Below are positions 1-8,209 of a DNA stretch of 42,568 nt, in pieces. Numbering within the stretch: position 1 is the first letter of the stretch; every line of letters begins with the position of its first letter. The stretch comes from Candidatus Magasanikiibacteriota bacterium (lineage in GTDB: Bacteria > Patescibacteriota > Patescibacteriia > Magasanikbacterales > GWA2-37-8). The stretch is from positions 1 to 42,568 of the forward strand of contig JAVHSM010000033.1 in assembly GCA_036172155.1 (NCBI GenBank). The letters run 5' to 3'. The notes below the pieces were generated by a model. The model was not told the DNA's origin, did no database searches, and was given only the letters and a program-made list of their open reading frames with translations. Both the position numbers and the translations under genes were made by a program.

Positions 1-52
1 ACCCACGCCTACTCTTTTGGAGAGAGCAGTACTACCATTATACTACGCCCCT
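1..52 (-). tRNA. tRNA-Trp(CCA), 5' part only (T-arm and 3' end lie outside the window)
   Basis: The reverse complement reads AGGGGCGTAGTATAATGGTAGTACTGCTCTCTCCAAAAGAGTAGGCGTGGGT. It has an acceptor 5' strand, a D-arm, and an anticodon stem GCTCT/AGAGT with loop CTCCAAA. The start (AGGGGCGUAG) and anticodon loop match E. coli tRNA-Trp. Confidence 0.75.
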
Positions 53-112
53 ATAATTATTTGCAAAAATAGTATATACTATTCGAAAGAACATGTCAAA
101 ATGCTTTTTTTA

Positions 113-895
113 CTATTTTACCACCTTATCTTTTTTAATTACCACCAAATACATCCATCCAACAAATATCAGAATCGCAAACAAATTCAAATACATATCC
201 GATGACGCTTGCATCATTATCAACGGTAAACTGACAGCAAACAAACCAATATTTAATATTTCTTTAAACTTCCAATCTAAATTGTTTCTCTTTGCCAATA
301 AGTAAAATACCCAACTAAACAATAAAATATTTAACAAATTGAATACCGCCAAAAATATAAATAGAACAAAGAAAGTGATAGCAGTAACGATCGTCAACAT
401 TTTATTACTAAAAATAATGTCGACAGTTTTCAAAGTACCCGTACGATCTGTTTTGAAATCGGAAAATCCTTTATAATCTTGGCTTTTTATTTCTTTGCTA
501 TCAGGATCGTAAAATTCAATTCTATCATTACTTAACAGTACTCCCGCTGTACTATCATTGGGAAGAAAACTTTTTACACCAACGGTATTGGTAACAGTAG
601 TATCAACCACCAAAGTTAAGCTATCATATTTTTTTATAAATGGTTGCGCTATTCCCGTGACGAATATTTTACCGCTTTTTAGCTCCGCTTGAAACTCCGG
701 TAAATCAGTAACAATCTGTTGTTTTATTTTTGGCGCTTCATTCCAAAATGTCAAACCGATAGAGATGGTAGACAAACCGGCCACAAAAAAAATCAACAGA
801 AAAAAATAGCCCCAAGCCCAGTTGGTATTGTTTTTCTGGTTGCGGAGCCATTTAAAATTATACAAACTATTGTATAACGAGTTAAAAAAACTCAT
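113..895 (-). CDS. hypothetical polytopic membrane protein
   Basis: 260-aa ORF with an ATG start at 895, 8 nt downstream of the rpmG stop. It has an N-terminal TM segment (WAWGYFFLLIFFVAGLSTISIGL) and several C-terminal hydrophobic helices. I recognise no catalytic motif. Confidence 0.6.
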   Translation of the reverse strand: MSFFNSLYNSLYNFKWLRNQKNNTNWAWGYFFLLIFFVAGLSTISIGLTFWNEAPKIKQQIVTDLPEFQAELKSGKIFVTGIAQPFIKKYDSLTLVVDTTVTNTVGVKSFLPNDSTAGVLLSNDRIEFYDPDSKEIKSQDYKGFSDFKTDRTGTLKTVDIIFSNKMLTIVTAITFFVLFIFLAVFNLLNILLFSWVFYLLAKRNNLDWKFKEILNIGLFAVSLPLIMMQASSDMYLNLFAILIFVGWMYLVVIKKDKVVK

Positions 896-903
896 AACCT
901 AAC

Positions 904-1056
904 TTATTTTGTTTCTTTGTGGGCGAAGTGCTTTTTGCAATTTTTGCAATGTTTCTTCAAGTCCAAACGCGTCTTGATTTTTTTGTTGCGAGTGGTAAAA
1001 TGATCCACTTGATTGCAATTGGTACACTCCAATTTTACTAATCTTTCTTGTGACAT
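904..1056 (-). CDS. rpmG: 50S ribosomal protein L33
   Basis: Absent from the ORF track because it is shorter than 60 aa. ATG at 1054-1056 (reverse complement) and TAA at 904-906. The translation is MSQERLVKLECTNCNQVDHFTTRNKKIKTRLDLKKHCKNCKKHFAHKETK, with the CxxC...CxxC zinc ribbon and KETK C-terminus typical of L33. Confidence 0.85.
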   Translation of the reverse strand: MSQERLVKLECTNCNQVDHFTTRNKKIKTRLDLKKHCKNCKKHFAHKETK

Positions 1057-1078
1057 ATGTATTTTAATTAAATTACTT

Positions 1079-1348
1079 TGGTGGGCAGAGAAGGATTCGA
1101 ACCTTCGAAGGCGGAGCCAACAGATTTCACTTATCCATAAGTTTCCTTACGGCATGGACTATATCTTTACCCTTTTACGGGTACTCTGGTATCTAGTCTC
1201 TACGGCGCTCCCCGAACATTTCGGAGTTCCCACGGTATTAGCACCCCCATTAGCTTTCACCGTTATCCCAGAGAGTTCATCCTAGGGTTTCCCCTAAGAG
1301 CTGCAATTGTTCACAGTCTGTCCCAGTTAACCACTTTGGTATCTGCCC
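1079..1348 (-). tRNA. tRNA-Tyr(GUA), type II with a long variable arm and encoded CCA, interrupted by a group I intron
   Basis: The 5' exon (1348->1313) is GGGCAGATACCAAAGTGGTTAACTGGGACAGACTGT. The 3' exon (1127->1079) is AAATCTGTTGGCTCCGCCTTCGAAGGTTCGAATCCTTCTCTGCCCACCA. Joined, they give an 85-nt tRNA with acceptor GGGCAGA/TCTGCCC, discriminator A, anticodon stem ACAGA/TCTGT and loop CTGTAAA. The segments CAGACUGUAAAUCUG and CUUCGAAGGUUCGAAUCCUUC are nearly identical to E. coli tRNA-Tyr. Confidence 0.8.
1128..1312 (-). ncRNA. group I self-splicing intron (IC3-like, no ORF) in the tRNA-Tyr anticodon loop after U35
   Basis: RNA-sense features: P1 pairs exon CUGU with intron GCAG (U.G at the splice site). 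P2 is CUUAGGG-GAAA-CCCUAGG. P3 is CUCUGG/CCAGAG. P4 is ACGGU/ACCGU. P7 is GACUA/UAGUC inside GUAGAGACUAGA, which I recall as identical to the Azoarcus tRNA-Ile intron. P8 is ACCC-GUAAAA-GGGU. P9 is CCAU...AUGG with a UAAGGAAAC motif. The last nucleotide is G (omega-G). Confidence 0.75.
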
Positions 1349-1356
1349 AATTTTTT

Positions 1357-1965
1357 TTATAAAGAACGAGCCAAATCACCACAAAAACACAAAATTTTCT
1401 CTAACAATTTTTTATCTCCGTAGCGAACATGGAGTAAACCATGCGGCATTGATCTTCTGCCTCGATTAACAGCTGGACGTACGTGCGGTTTTGTAAATTG
1501 CACTTTTTCAGCGTTTAATTGAAACGACCAATATTTTATAAGAGCATCGATATCTTGATCCTCAAAACAATATAGATAGAATCTAAGTTTATTTTCTTTC
1601 ACTCGACAGATTTTTCTCAAAAACTTTAAAAATAATTTTATCACCAATTCATCTGAATTGGCAAAATCTACCGTGACTCCTGTTTTTGCTCCCTCTCCGT
1701 AATATAACATAATAGCCGCTATCAAAAGTTCTCTATCCTTTACATTTAAACTCTCTTTAAAATTAAAGGATGGTTTTTTTCTATCGAACAAAATCTTATT
1801 TTGTTCTGATAAACTTTTGGTAGGAACATTTTGACGTCGTAACGAACTGTATATTTGTTTTAAAGATAGACCAGAAATAAACGAAATCTCTTTACCCATT
1901 TTTCCGACAAGATACAATTCTTTAACTAATCTTTCCTGTTCTTTAGTGATAGTTTTTTTTGGCAT
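1357..1965 (-). CDS. free-standing HTH plus LAGLIDADG-like protein (putative homing endonuclease or maturase relative)
   Basis: 202-aa ORF with an ATG start. The N-terminus has an HTH-like segment (GKMGKEISFISGLSLKQIYSSLRR). The central LIAAIMLYYGEGAK followed by VTVDFANSDELVIKLFLKFL fits the pattern of a LAGLIDADG helix, beta strands and a helix. The stop codon is 8 nt from the tRNA-Tyr 5' end. The family assignment rests on motif resemblance only. Confidence 0.45.
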   Translation of the reverse strand: MPKKTITKEQERLVKELYLVGKMGKEISFISGLSLKQIYSSLRRQNVPTKSLSEQNKILFDRKKPSFNFKESLNVKDRELLIAAIMLYYGEGAKTGVTVDFANSDELVIKLFLKFLRKICRVKENKLRFYLYCFEDQDIDALIKYWSFQLNAEKVQFTKPHVRPAVNRGRRSMPHGLLHVRYGDKKLLEKILCFCGDLARSL

Positions 1966-2026
1966 ATAATAACTGATAATGGTCAGTTACATTATACCAC
2001 GGAAATTTTAAAAGGACAAAATCTAG

Positions 2027-2099
2027 AGCCGACTTAGGGATTCGAACCCTAGACCTACGGTTTACAAAACCGTTGCTCTACCAACTGAGCTAAGTCGGC
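2027..2099 (-). tRNA. tRNA-Thr(UGU)
   Basis: The reverse complement is GCCGACTTAGCTCAGTTGGTAGAGCAACGGTTTTGTAAACCGTAGGTCTAGGGTTCGAATCCCTAAGTCGGCT. It forms a cloverleaf with acceptor GCCGACT/AGTCGGC, anticodon stem ACGGT/ACCGT and loop TTTGTAA. No CCA is encoded. Confidence 0.9.
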
Positions 2100-2112
2100 G
2101 TTTTTTCTCCAG

Positions 2113-2185
2113 AGCCGTTGTCGGGAATCGAACCCGAGACCTTTTCCTTACCATGGAAATGCTCTACCATCTGAGCTACAACGGC
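2113..2185 (-). tRNA. tRNA-Thr(GGU)
   Basis: The reverse complement is GCCGTTGTAGCTCAGATGGTAGAGCATTTCCATGGTAAGGAAAAGGTCTCGGGTTCGATTCCCGACAACGGCT. The anticodon stem is TTTCC/GGAAA with loop ATGGTAA. No CCA is encoded. Confidence 0.9.
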
Positions 2186-2190
2186 GTTGT

Positions 2191-3105
2191 TTATATTTTA
2201 TCAATACGACCCTTGAAATCAGTTAGTTTTGAATTTTCCGGATTTACCAAACGCAAACTATTAAAAGCTTCGGCGGCCAATTTCTTATCTTGACATAGTA
2301 TAGCAGTTTCTATCAGTAAGTCAAGATATTTGGGGTTCTGAGGTTCTAGTTCCACTGCCTGCGATACCGCCTCTTTGGCCACTTGTGGTTGGTTGACCTT
2401 CAAAAGCAATTCCGCTAGATGGGAAAACCGTGGTGAAAGCGAATCATTAGCCACCACCGCCCTTTGATAATACTCTATGGCTTTATCTATATTATTTTGT
2501 GATTCCGCCATTTCAGCCAATTTGGCCATCACCGCATCGTTGCCGGGTTCGAGTTGGAGTAAAAAATCAAAAGTTTGTTCAGCCTCCTCTGTCGCCCCTT
2601 TGCTGAGATATACTTCACCCAAACCACGATAGGCGCCGGCTGATTTGGCATTCATTTTTATGGCGGCAATAAAAGCCTGCTCGGCTTGATCAAAATTATT
2701 CAAATGCAAGCTGTGTTCTCCATCTTGCACCAAAGTCTTTATTTTATTTTCCTTTTCTTCCACGGTCATCGCGCTCTGTTCTTGTTTGGTTTTTATCATC
2801 TGTTCATGGTGCAACAGACGCTCAATCTTGCCAACATAGACACGAAATTGAAATTGCAATTTGCGCCAAACCAAATCAAGCGGTTTCAATTTAGCCACAA
2901 ATTTAGCTCTAGCTTCTTTACTTTGCATCTCGACGCGCTTGGATATAATCTCGTGTTTTTTACGAGCGGTTTTTTCTTGAGGCAGAGTTTCCACATCCAA
3001 ATTGGACAATTGTAACAACTTTTGCCAGACAATAAAACCAATAATTCCCAAACAAATCAAGATAACGATGATAAACAAGATATTTAACATAAAATTAACA
3101 GGCAT
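2191..3105 (-). CDS. membrane-anchored TPR-repeat protein
   Basis: The ORF-track start at 3162 is a GTG inside tpiA. ATG codons at 3105 or 3090 give MPVNFMLNILFIIVILICLGIIGFIVW, an N-terminal TM segment. The C-terminal half has TPR-like repeats (AEQAFIAAIKMNAKSAGAYRGLGEVYL, AEQTFDFLLQLEPGN, AIEYYQRAVVAND). Confidence 0.7.
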   Translation of the reverse strand: MPVNFMLNILFIIVILICLGIIGFIVWQKLLQLSNLDVETLPQEKTARKKHEIISKRVEMQSKEARAKFVAKLKPLDLVWRKLQFQFRVYVGKIERLLHHEQMIKTKQEQSAMTVEEKENKIKTLVQDGEHSLHLNNFDQAEQAFIAAIKMNAKSAGAYRGLGEVYLSKGATEEAEQTFDFLLQLEPGNDAVMAKLAEMAESQNNIDKAIEYYQRAVVANDSLSPRFSHLAELLLKVNQPQVAKEAVSQAVELEPQNPKYLDLLIETAILCQDKKLAAEAFNSLRLVNPENSKLTDFKGRIDKI

Positions 3106-3853
3106 TGTGCACAATTTGTAGCCAACTGTCAAGCTTGGCAGAGGCACCGCCAACCAATGCACCGCTAATACTCGGCTGTTTCATAAAATCCGCGACATTA
3201 TCCCCTTTTACACTACCTCCATACAACATAACTATTTGCACATCTGGCTCCAAAATTTTAGCCATGCCAGATATTAATTGACACATCTTTTCTGCTTCTA
3301 AAGGGTCGCAGTGGTTGCCAGTGCCAATCGCCCACACCGGTTCATAAGCAATAATTAACTTGGTTTTGGCTTTCCATTTTAAACCGTCCAAGGCCGCTCT
3401 TAATTGAATTTCAACTATCTCTTTGACTTTCCCATCTTTTCTTTCTTTATCGGTTTCTCCCACGCACAAAACCGGTGTTAAACCTAAATTTAAAGCTGTC
3501 CCCATTTTTTGTCTGACTTCATGATTACTTTCATGAAATAAATGACGGCGCTCGGAATGTCCAACCAAAGTATATTTTGCTCCAGCCATTTTATACATCA
3601 CTGCCGACACTTCGCCGGTAAATCCACCTTTGTCTTCCCAATGAATATTCTGTGCTCCGCAATCTATATTGGTATTTTTTAATATTTGAACAACACTCTG
3701 AAACGACAAAGCCCCGGGAAAAACAGTCATTTTAATTTTACTTGAATTTTTTTTGGAAACTTTTTTTAGCCCTTTGGCCAAAACACTGCTTTCATCAAAA
3801 TTCAAATACATTTTCCAATTGGCAAACAAATATACTTTTTTGGAAACAGACAT
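3095..3853 (-). CDS. tpiA: triosephosphate isomerase
   Basis: 252 aa with the ANWKMY, VGHSERR and AYEPVWAIGTG signatures. Confidence 0.95.
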   Translation of the reverse strand: MSVSKKVYLFANWKMYLNFDESSVLAKGLKKVSKKNSSKIKMTVFPGALSFQSVVQILKNTNIDCGAQNIHWEDKGGFTGEVSAVMYKMAGAKYTLVGHSERRHLFHESNHEVRQKMGTALNLGLTPVLCVGETDKERKDGKVKEIVEIQLRAALDGLKWKAKTKLIIAYEPVWAIGTGNHCDPLEAEKMCQLISGMAKILEPDVQIVMLYGGSVKGDNVADFMKQPSISGALVGGASAKLDSWLQIVHNAC

Positions 3854-3859
3854 ATATTT

Positions 3860-5149
3860 TTATTTTAAATTGCCGATTAAATCTTGTTTTTTTATCGGAC
3901 CGATAGCCACCACTCGCACTTGATTCCAATCGAAAATTTTAGAAGCAACGCGCTGGATATCCCGAATAGTTACTTTGTTTATTTTTTGCAATACTTGTTC
4001 ATAGGTTTCCATTTTATTGGCCAACCAAAATTGTTTGGCATACCATTCAGCCTGAGCGCTACATTCTTCCATGGCCAAAGTCATACGGCCGGAAAGATTG
4101 GACTTGGCATCGGCCAATTCTTTTTTTGAAACTGGTTGCTCACAAATTTTTTGTAATTCCTCTCTAATAACTTTCAGTGCTTCCGACAAACGCGATGGAT
4201 CTAGTCCGGCCTGTATGTAGGCCGTACCAACATCGCGATAATTACTGGAACCGGAACGCACCATATAGGCCAGCCCGCGTTTTTCACGCACTTCTACAAA
4301 CAACCTAGAGCTCATACCACCACCCAGTATATTCAATAAGACAAGCAAAGCATAACGATCCGGGTGATTACTATACAAACCGGGGAAACCGGCAATGATA
4401 TGCGCTTGGTCCAATTTTTTTTCTTTTACCTCTACCCGCTGATCCAATGTTTTTTGTTCTTTTGGCCAAACAAATTTTTCAAAATTATTCTTATGAATAG
4501 TTTTTTTGCTTTTATTTTTTCCAGCGTCAGGACTTAAAAAATACTGTAAATATTTTTTGATATTTTTATCAATACTACCGGCGACCACTAACACCATGTT
4601 GTCAGTTTTGTAGGCCGCCTGATAATAATTCCATAATTCTTCGCGTGAGATACCACGCACAGTTTGTTCACTACCGCCTTCATCTCTACCAAGTGGGCAA
4701 TCGCCAAACAATAATTTTTCATAAAGCAAACCGATACCCATCGTTGGATTATCTTCATACATGCGCAACTCTTCGACGATCACTCCTTTTTCTTTTTCAA
4801 TTTCCGCCGCGTCGAATTTGGAGTTGAAAAGCATATCCGAGATCAAATCAAAAGCAATCGCCTGTTTACCGCTGGCAATTTTTACATAATAACCGGTATA
4901 ATCTTTGCTGGTAAAAGCATTATAGTCTGCTCCGGAAGCATCCAAAATACGCGAAATATCTTGAGCAGTCGAACGCTTGGATGTGCCCTTAAACATCAAA
5001 TGCTCGACAAAATGCGAAGCACCGGAAATTTTGGCATGCTCATAGCGAGAACCAACCGGCACCAATACCAACACGGTGGTGGCTTTTGCACCTTTGAGTG
5101 GAACGGTTATTAGAGTAATTTTATTTTTTAATTTTGATATTTTGTACAT
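3860..5149 (-). CDS. M16 family (pitrilysin/insulinase-like) zinc peptidase
   Basis: 429 aa with the inverted zinc motif HFVEH (HxxEH) near the N-terminus and the usual two-domain length. Confidence 0.85.
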   Translation of the reverse strand: MYKISKLKNKITLITVPLKGAKATTVLVLVPVGSRYEHAKISGASHFVEHLMFKGTSKRSTAQDISRILDASGADYNAFTSKDYTGYYVKIASGKQAIAFDLISDMLFNSKFDAAEIEKEKGVIVEELRMYEDNPTMGIGLLYEKLLFGDCPLGRDEGGSEQTVRGISREELWNYYQAAYKTDNMVLVVAGSIDKNIKKYLQYFLSPDAGKNKSKKTIHKNNFEKFVWPKEQKTLDQRVEVKEKKLDQAHIIAGFPGLYSNHPDRYALLVLLNILGGGMSSRLFVEVREKRGLAYMVRSGSSNYRDVGTAYIQAGLDPSRLSEALKVIREELQKICEQPVSKKELADAKSNLSGRMTLAMEECSAQAEWYAKQFWLANKMETYEQVLQKINKVTIRDIQRVASKIFDWNQVRVVAIGPIKKQDLIGNLK

Positions 5150-6525
5150 AAATATTCTTTCAATTCAGATATATTAATTCTATCTTGCGCCATAGTATCA
5201 CGATCACGCACGGTCACTTTTTTGTCTTCCAATGATTCAAAATCCACCGTCACACAATATGGTGTGCCGATTTCATCTTGGCGGCGATAGCGCTTGCCGA
5301 TGCTTTGAGTCTCGTCATAATCCACCGAAAAATCTTTGCGCAAAACATTCGCCAAATCGCGCGCTACGCTAGACAATTCTTCTTTTTTGGAAAGTGGTAA
5401 AATCGCCACTTGAATTGGTGCCAATTTTTTTGGAAATTTCATCACTACCCGAAAGTCAGTTTCACTTTCTTTGGCTTCGCCCGCCGTAGCCTTGGCAGAG
5501 GAAGGCACATCTTCCTCGGTATAGGCTTCGAGCAATAGCACCAGCAACATACGATCAATACCAAAAGTTGGCTCAATCACATGTGGTAAAAACTTTTCAT
5601 TGGTTTCCGGATCAGTGTAATGCAAATCCTGCCCACTCACTTTTTCATGACGAGACAAATCAAAATCAGTACGATAAGCAATACCGTGTAATTCTTTGAC
5701 GCCAAACGGATATTTATATTCAATATCCACTGTGCGCTTACTGTAATGCGCAAGATCGGCACCTTCGAGTTCATGCCAAACCAAATTATTCATATCAATC
5801 TGCATAATATCTTGCCACCAACGCTTTATTTCTCCCAGCCACATTTCAAATATTTTTTCCCAATCTTTTGGGTTAATAAAATATTCAAATTCACCAATTT
5901 CAAATTCGCGAGTACGAAAAATGAAATTGCCAGGGGTAATTTCATTGCGGAAACATTTACCAATTTGCGCAATACCAAATGGCAAACGACGACGTGTTGA
6001 ATTTAAAACATTTTTAAAATTTACAAACATTCCGGCGGCAGTTTCCGGACGCAAATAGGCGGTAGTCGCGCTATCTTCATTAGTGCCCAAAAAAGTTTTA
6101 AACATTAAATTAAAACTCTTTGGATCGGTCAAATCTCCGTCACATTCCGGACAGCGAACTTCTGAAATAGTTTTTGGCTGACCTTTATTATATTCCGGTT
6201 TTAAGCTTGCCGCTTCGAGCAGATGATCGGTACGAAAACGATGATGACATTTTTTACATTCCACCAACAGGTCGCTGAAATTTTGCAAATGTCCGGAGGC
6301 TTCCCAGACTTTCGGATTCATAATAATAGCACTATCGAGTGGCACCATATCCGCGCGTTCCTGTACAAAAAATTTCCACCAAGCTTTTTTGATATTTTGT
6401 TTGAGCAGATGTCCGAGCGGACCATAATCCCAGCTATTGGCCAAACCACCATAGATTTCACTACCCGGAAAAATAAACCCTCTCCTTTTACAAAGCGAAA
6501 CTACCTTTTCTAAATCTTTAGGCAT
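5128..6525 (-). CDS. glyQS: glycine--tRNA ligase (alpha2 type)
   Basis: 465 aa. The N-terminus reads VVSLCKRRGFIFPGSEIYGGLANSWDYGPLG, and FRNEITPGNFIFRTREFEIGEFEYF is the class II motif region. Confidence 0.95.
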   Translation of the reverse strand: MPKDLEKVVSLCKRRGFIFPGSEIYGGLANSWDYGPLGHLLKQNIKKAWWKFFVQERADMVPLDSAIIMNPKVWEASGHLQNFSDLLVECKKCHHRFRTDHLLEAASLKPEYNKGQPKTISEVRCPECDGDLTDPKSFNLMFKTFLGTNEDSATTAYLRPETAAGMFVNFKNVLNSTRRRLPFGIAQIGKCFRNEITPGNFIFRTREFEIGEFEYFINPKDWEKIFEMWLGEIKRWWQDIMQIDMNNLVWHELEGADLAHYSKRTVDIEYKYPFGVKELHGIAYRTDFDLSRHEKVSGQDLHYTDPETNEKFLPHVIEPTFGIDRMLLVLLLEAYTEEDVPSSAKATAGEAKESETDFRVVMKFPKKLAPIQVAILPLSKKEELSSVARDLANVLRKDFSVDYDETQSIGKRYRRQDEIGTPYCVTVDFESLEDKKVTVRDRDTMAQDRINISELKEYLCTKYQN

Positions 6526-6526
6526 A

Positions 6527-7075
6527 TTAAATAGTATTTATTTCGGCTTCTTTCTTTTCGCCGATATCTTTAATTTTATCACCGTATTCCTTCACCATTT
6601 TTTCCAAATCTTCAAACATTTTAAATTTTTCATCTTCACTAATAGATTTGGATTCCTCCTCCGCTTCCACTAATTCGCGAATTTCTTGACGAACTTTGCG
6701 CTCCGACACGCGTGCATTTTCCAATTTTTCGTGTAATACTTTGGTCAATTCGCGACGGCGTTCAGTGGTCAAATCCGGTAAGATCACTCTGATCAAACGA
6801 CCATCATTCACTGGACTCACACCAATACCCGAATCACGAATACCTTTTTCTATTGCCCCCAACACCGTTTTGTCCCACGGCTCGATATTGAGCGTCTTGG
6901 CATCGGCTATCGAGATCGAAGCCATAGCTTTGAGCGCCTGATAAGTACCGTAAGCTTCCACCGAAATATCTTCCACCATTGCCACCGAAGCGCGACCGGT
7001 ACGCAAGCCGATAATATCTTTTTTCAAAAATTCCAACACCTTCTCAAAGTCATCTTTAAAATCATTGATATTCAT
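6527..7075 (-). CDS. frr: ribosome recycling factor
   Basis: 182 aa with LRTGRAS and LPDLTTERRRELTK segments in a typical RRF layout. It lies directly downstream of glyQS. Confidence 0.93.
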   Translation of the reverse strand: MNINDFKDDFEKVLEFLKKDIIGLRTGRASVAMVEDISVEAYGTYQALKAMASISIADAKTLNIEPWDKTVLGAIEKGIRDSGIGVSPVNDGRLIRVILPDLTTERRRELTKVLHEKLENARVSERKVRQEIRELVEAEEESKSISEDEKFKMFEDLEKMVKEYGDKIKDIGEKKEAEINTI

Positions 7076-7086
7076 ATACGATTAAT

Positions 7087-8175
7087 TTATTGATCTAATG
7101 TGAAAAAACCCATTGAGACCACATTGTCTTTTTCTAAATTTATCAGCAAACTCACCGGAATAGTATTGGTCGGCAATTTCTTGGTCACCCAATTTTTTCC
7201 ACCATCGGTTGTTTTATAAAATGTTGAACGCACATGAACATTCTTGTCTCCCAAAATTGTACCGGTGTAATACATTTCATTTTGATTTTTACTATTGATA
7301 TCAAAGGCGTATATATTCACACTGCCCGGAGGAGTAATCAATTTGAGATCTGTCCAAGTCGCACCGGCATCATCAGATCGTAAAATACCATACTTTGACA
7401 CCCAAAAGATACTATCTTTTTTGGCGGGATTTAAAACCAATCGATAAAATTTATAAGCATCGGCAAAAGCATCGAAACCGGCCGACATATCTTTCCAAGT
7501 TTTGGCGGAATCGTCCGAACGATACAGACCGCCATTATACGCGGCCGCGTACACTCGCCCCGGATTAAATTGATCGGCAACTATATACTGTATTTGAAAT
7601 CCAAACCGCTTGGTAACACGCCAACTTCTGCCATCATTATTGCTAATCAAAACATCACCACCCAATTCGACGGCATATACTGTACTGGTGGTAGCAAAAT
7701 CTACCGCCAAGGATACTACTCGTTGATCCGAACGCTCTTCGGTATAAACCGTCTTCCATGTACGCAAACAATCTTCGGTTTTAAAAATATGCGCTCCATC
7801 ACTCACAAAAACATTACATTTATCTTTTGGGTCAACAGCTAGACCATAAACAAAAATTGAACCCAGCGATGAGGCCGATTGCCAACTTTGGCCATTATCG
7901 TAAGTATAATATAATCCCTGACCGCGCGAGGCCAAATAAATAGCTTTCGGGTCGCTAGGATCAGTGTGCAAACGATACACTTTTATACCAGAAATGCTTT
8001 TTACTCCGGCGACCGTGGGCACGGCCATTATCGGCAGCCAACTCTCACCTTTATCCGCCGATTGATACATACCCATCGGACCTTGCTGGGTACTACCACT
8101 AAGTTTTATACAACCTTGACCGGTCGTAATCAACATGGTCATCACAGCGGCTATTGTCAAAAATATTTTACGCAT
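7087..8175 (-). CDS. lipoprotein with BNR/Asp-box repeats (Ycf48-like beta-propeller)
   Basis: Signal peptide plus lipobox (LITTGQGC). Six SxDxGxxW-type repeats: SADKGESW, YDNGQSW, NNDGRSW, SDDSAKTW, SDDAGATW, TTDGGKNW. Confidence 0.75.
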   Translation of the reverse strand: MRKIFLTIAAVMTMLITTGQGCIKLSGSTQQGPMGMYQSADKGESWLPIMAVPTVAGVKSISGIKVYRLHTDPSDPKAIYLASRGQGLYYTYDNGQSWQSASSLGSIFVYGLAVDPKDKCNVFVSDGAHIFKTEDCLRTWKTVYTEERSDQRVVSLAVDFATTSTVYAVELGGDVLISNNDGRSWRVTKRFGFQIQYIVADQFNPGRVYAAAYNGGLYRSDDSAKTWKDMSAGFDAFADAYKFYRLVLNPAKKDSIFWVSKYGILRSDDAGATWTDLKLITPPGSVNIYAFDINSKNQNEMYYTGTILGDKNVHVRSTFYKTTDGGKNWVTKKLPTNTIPVSLLINLEKDNVVSMGFFTLDQ

Positions 8176-8209
8176 ATTTTATTATAAAATTGAGTTTAAA
8201 AAACTTATT

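Noticed and set aside
1013-1285. 90-aa plus-strand ORF from the track.
   Set aside because: It lies antisense across rpmG's 5' end, the tRNA-Tyr 3' exon and the group I intron. Those features explain the region fully.
1079-1348. Alternative reading of the split tRNA as tRNA-Ser(UGA), with splicing after ...ACAGACU and before UGAAAUCUGU.
   Set aside because: That splice choice gives no P1 pairing with the intron. The discriminator is A and the sequence closely matches tRNA-Tyr (CAGACUGUAAAUCUG, same T-arm). The CUGU/GCAG P1 helix and a G before AAAUCUGU support the Tyr junction.
2191-3162. The long 323-aa form of the TPR protein overlapping tpiA by 68 nt.
   Set aside because: The extended start is a GTG inside tpiA. 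The ATG codons at 3105 or 3090 sit at the tpiA stop and begin directly at the TM helix.
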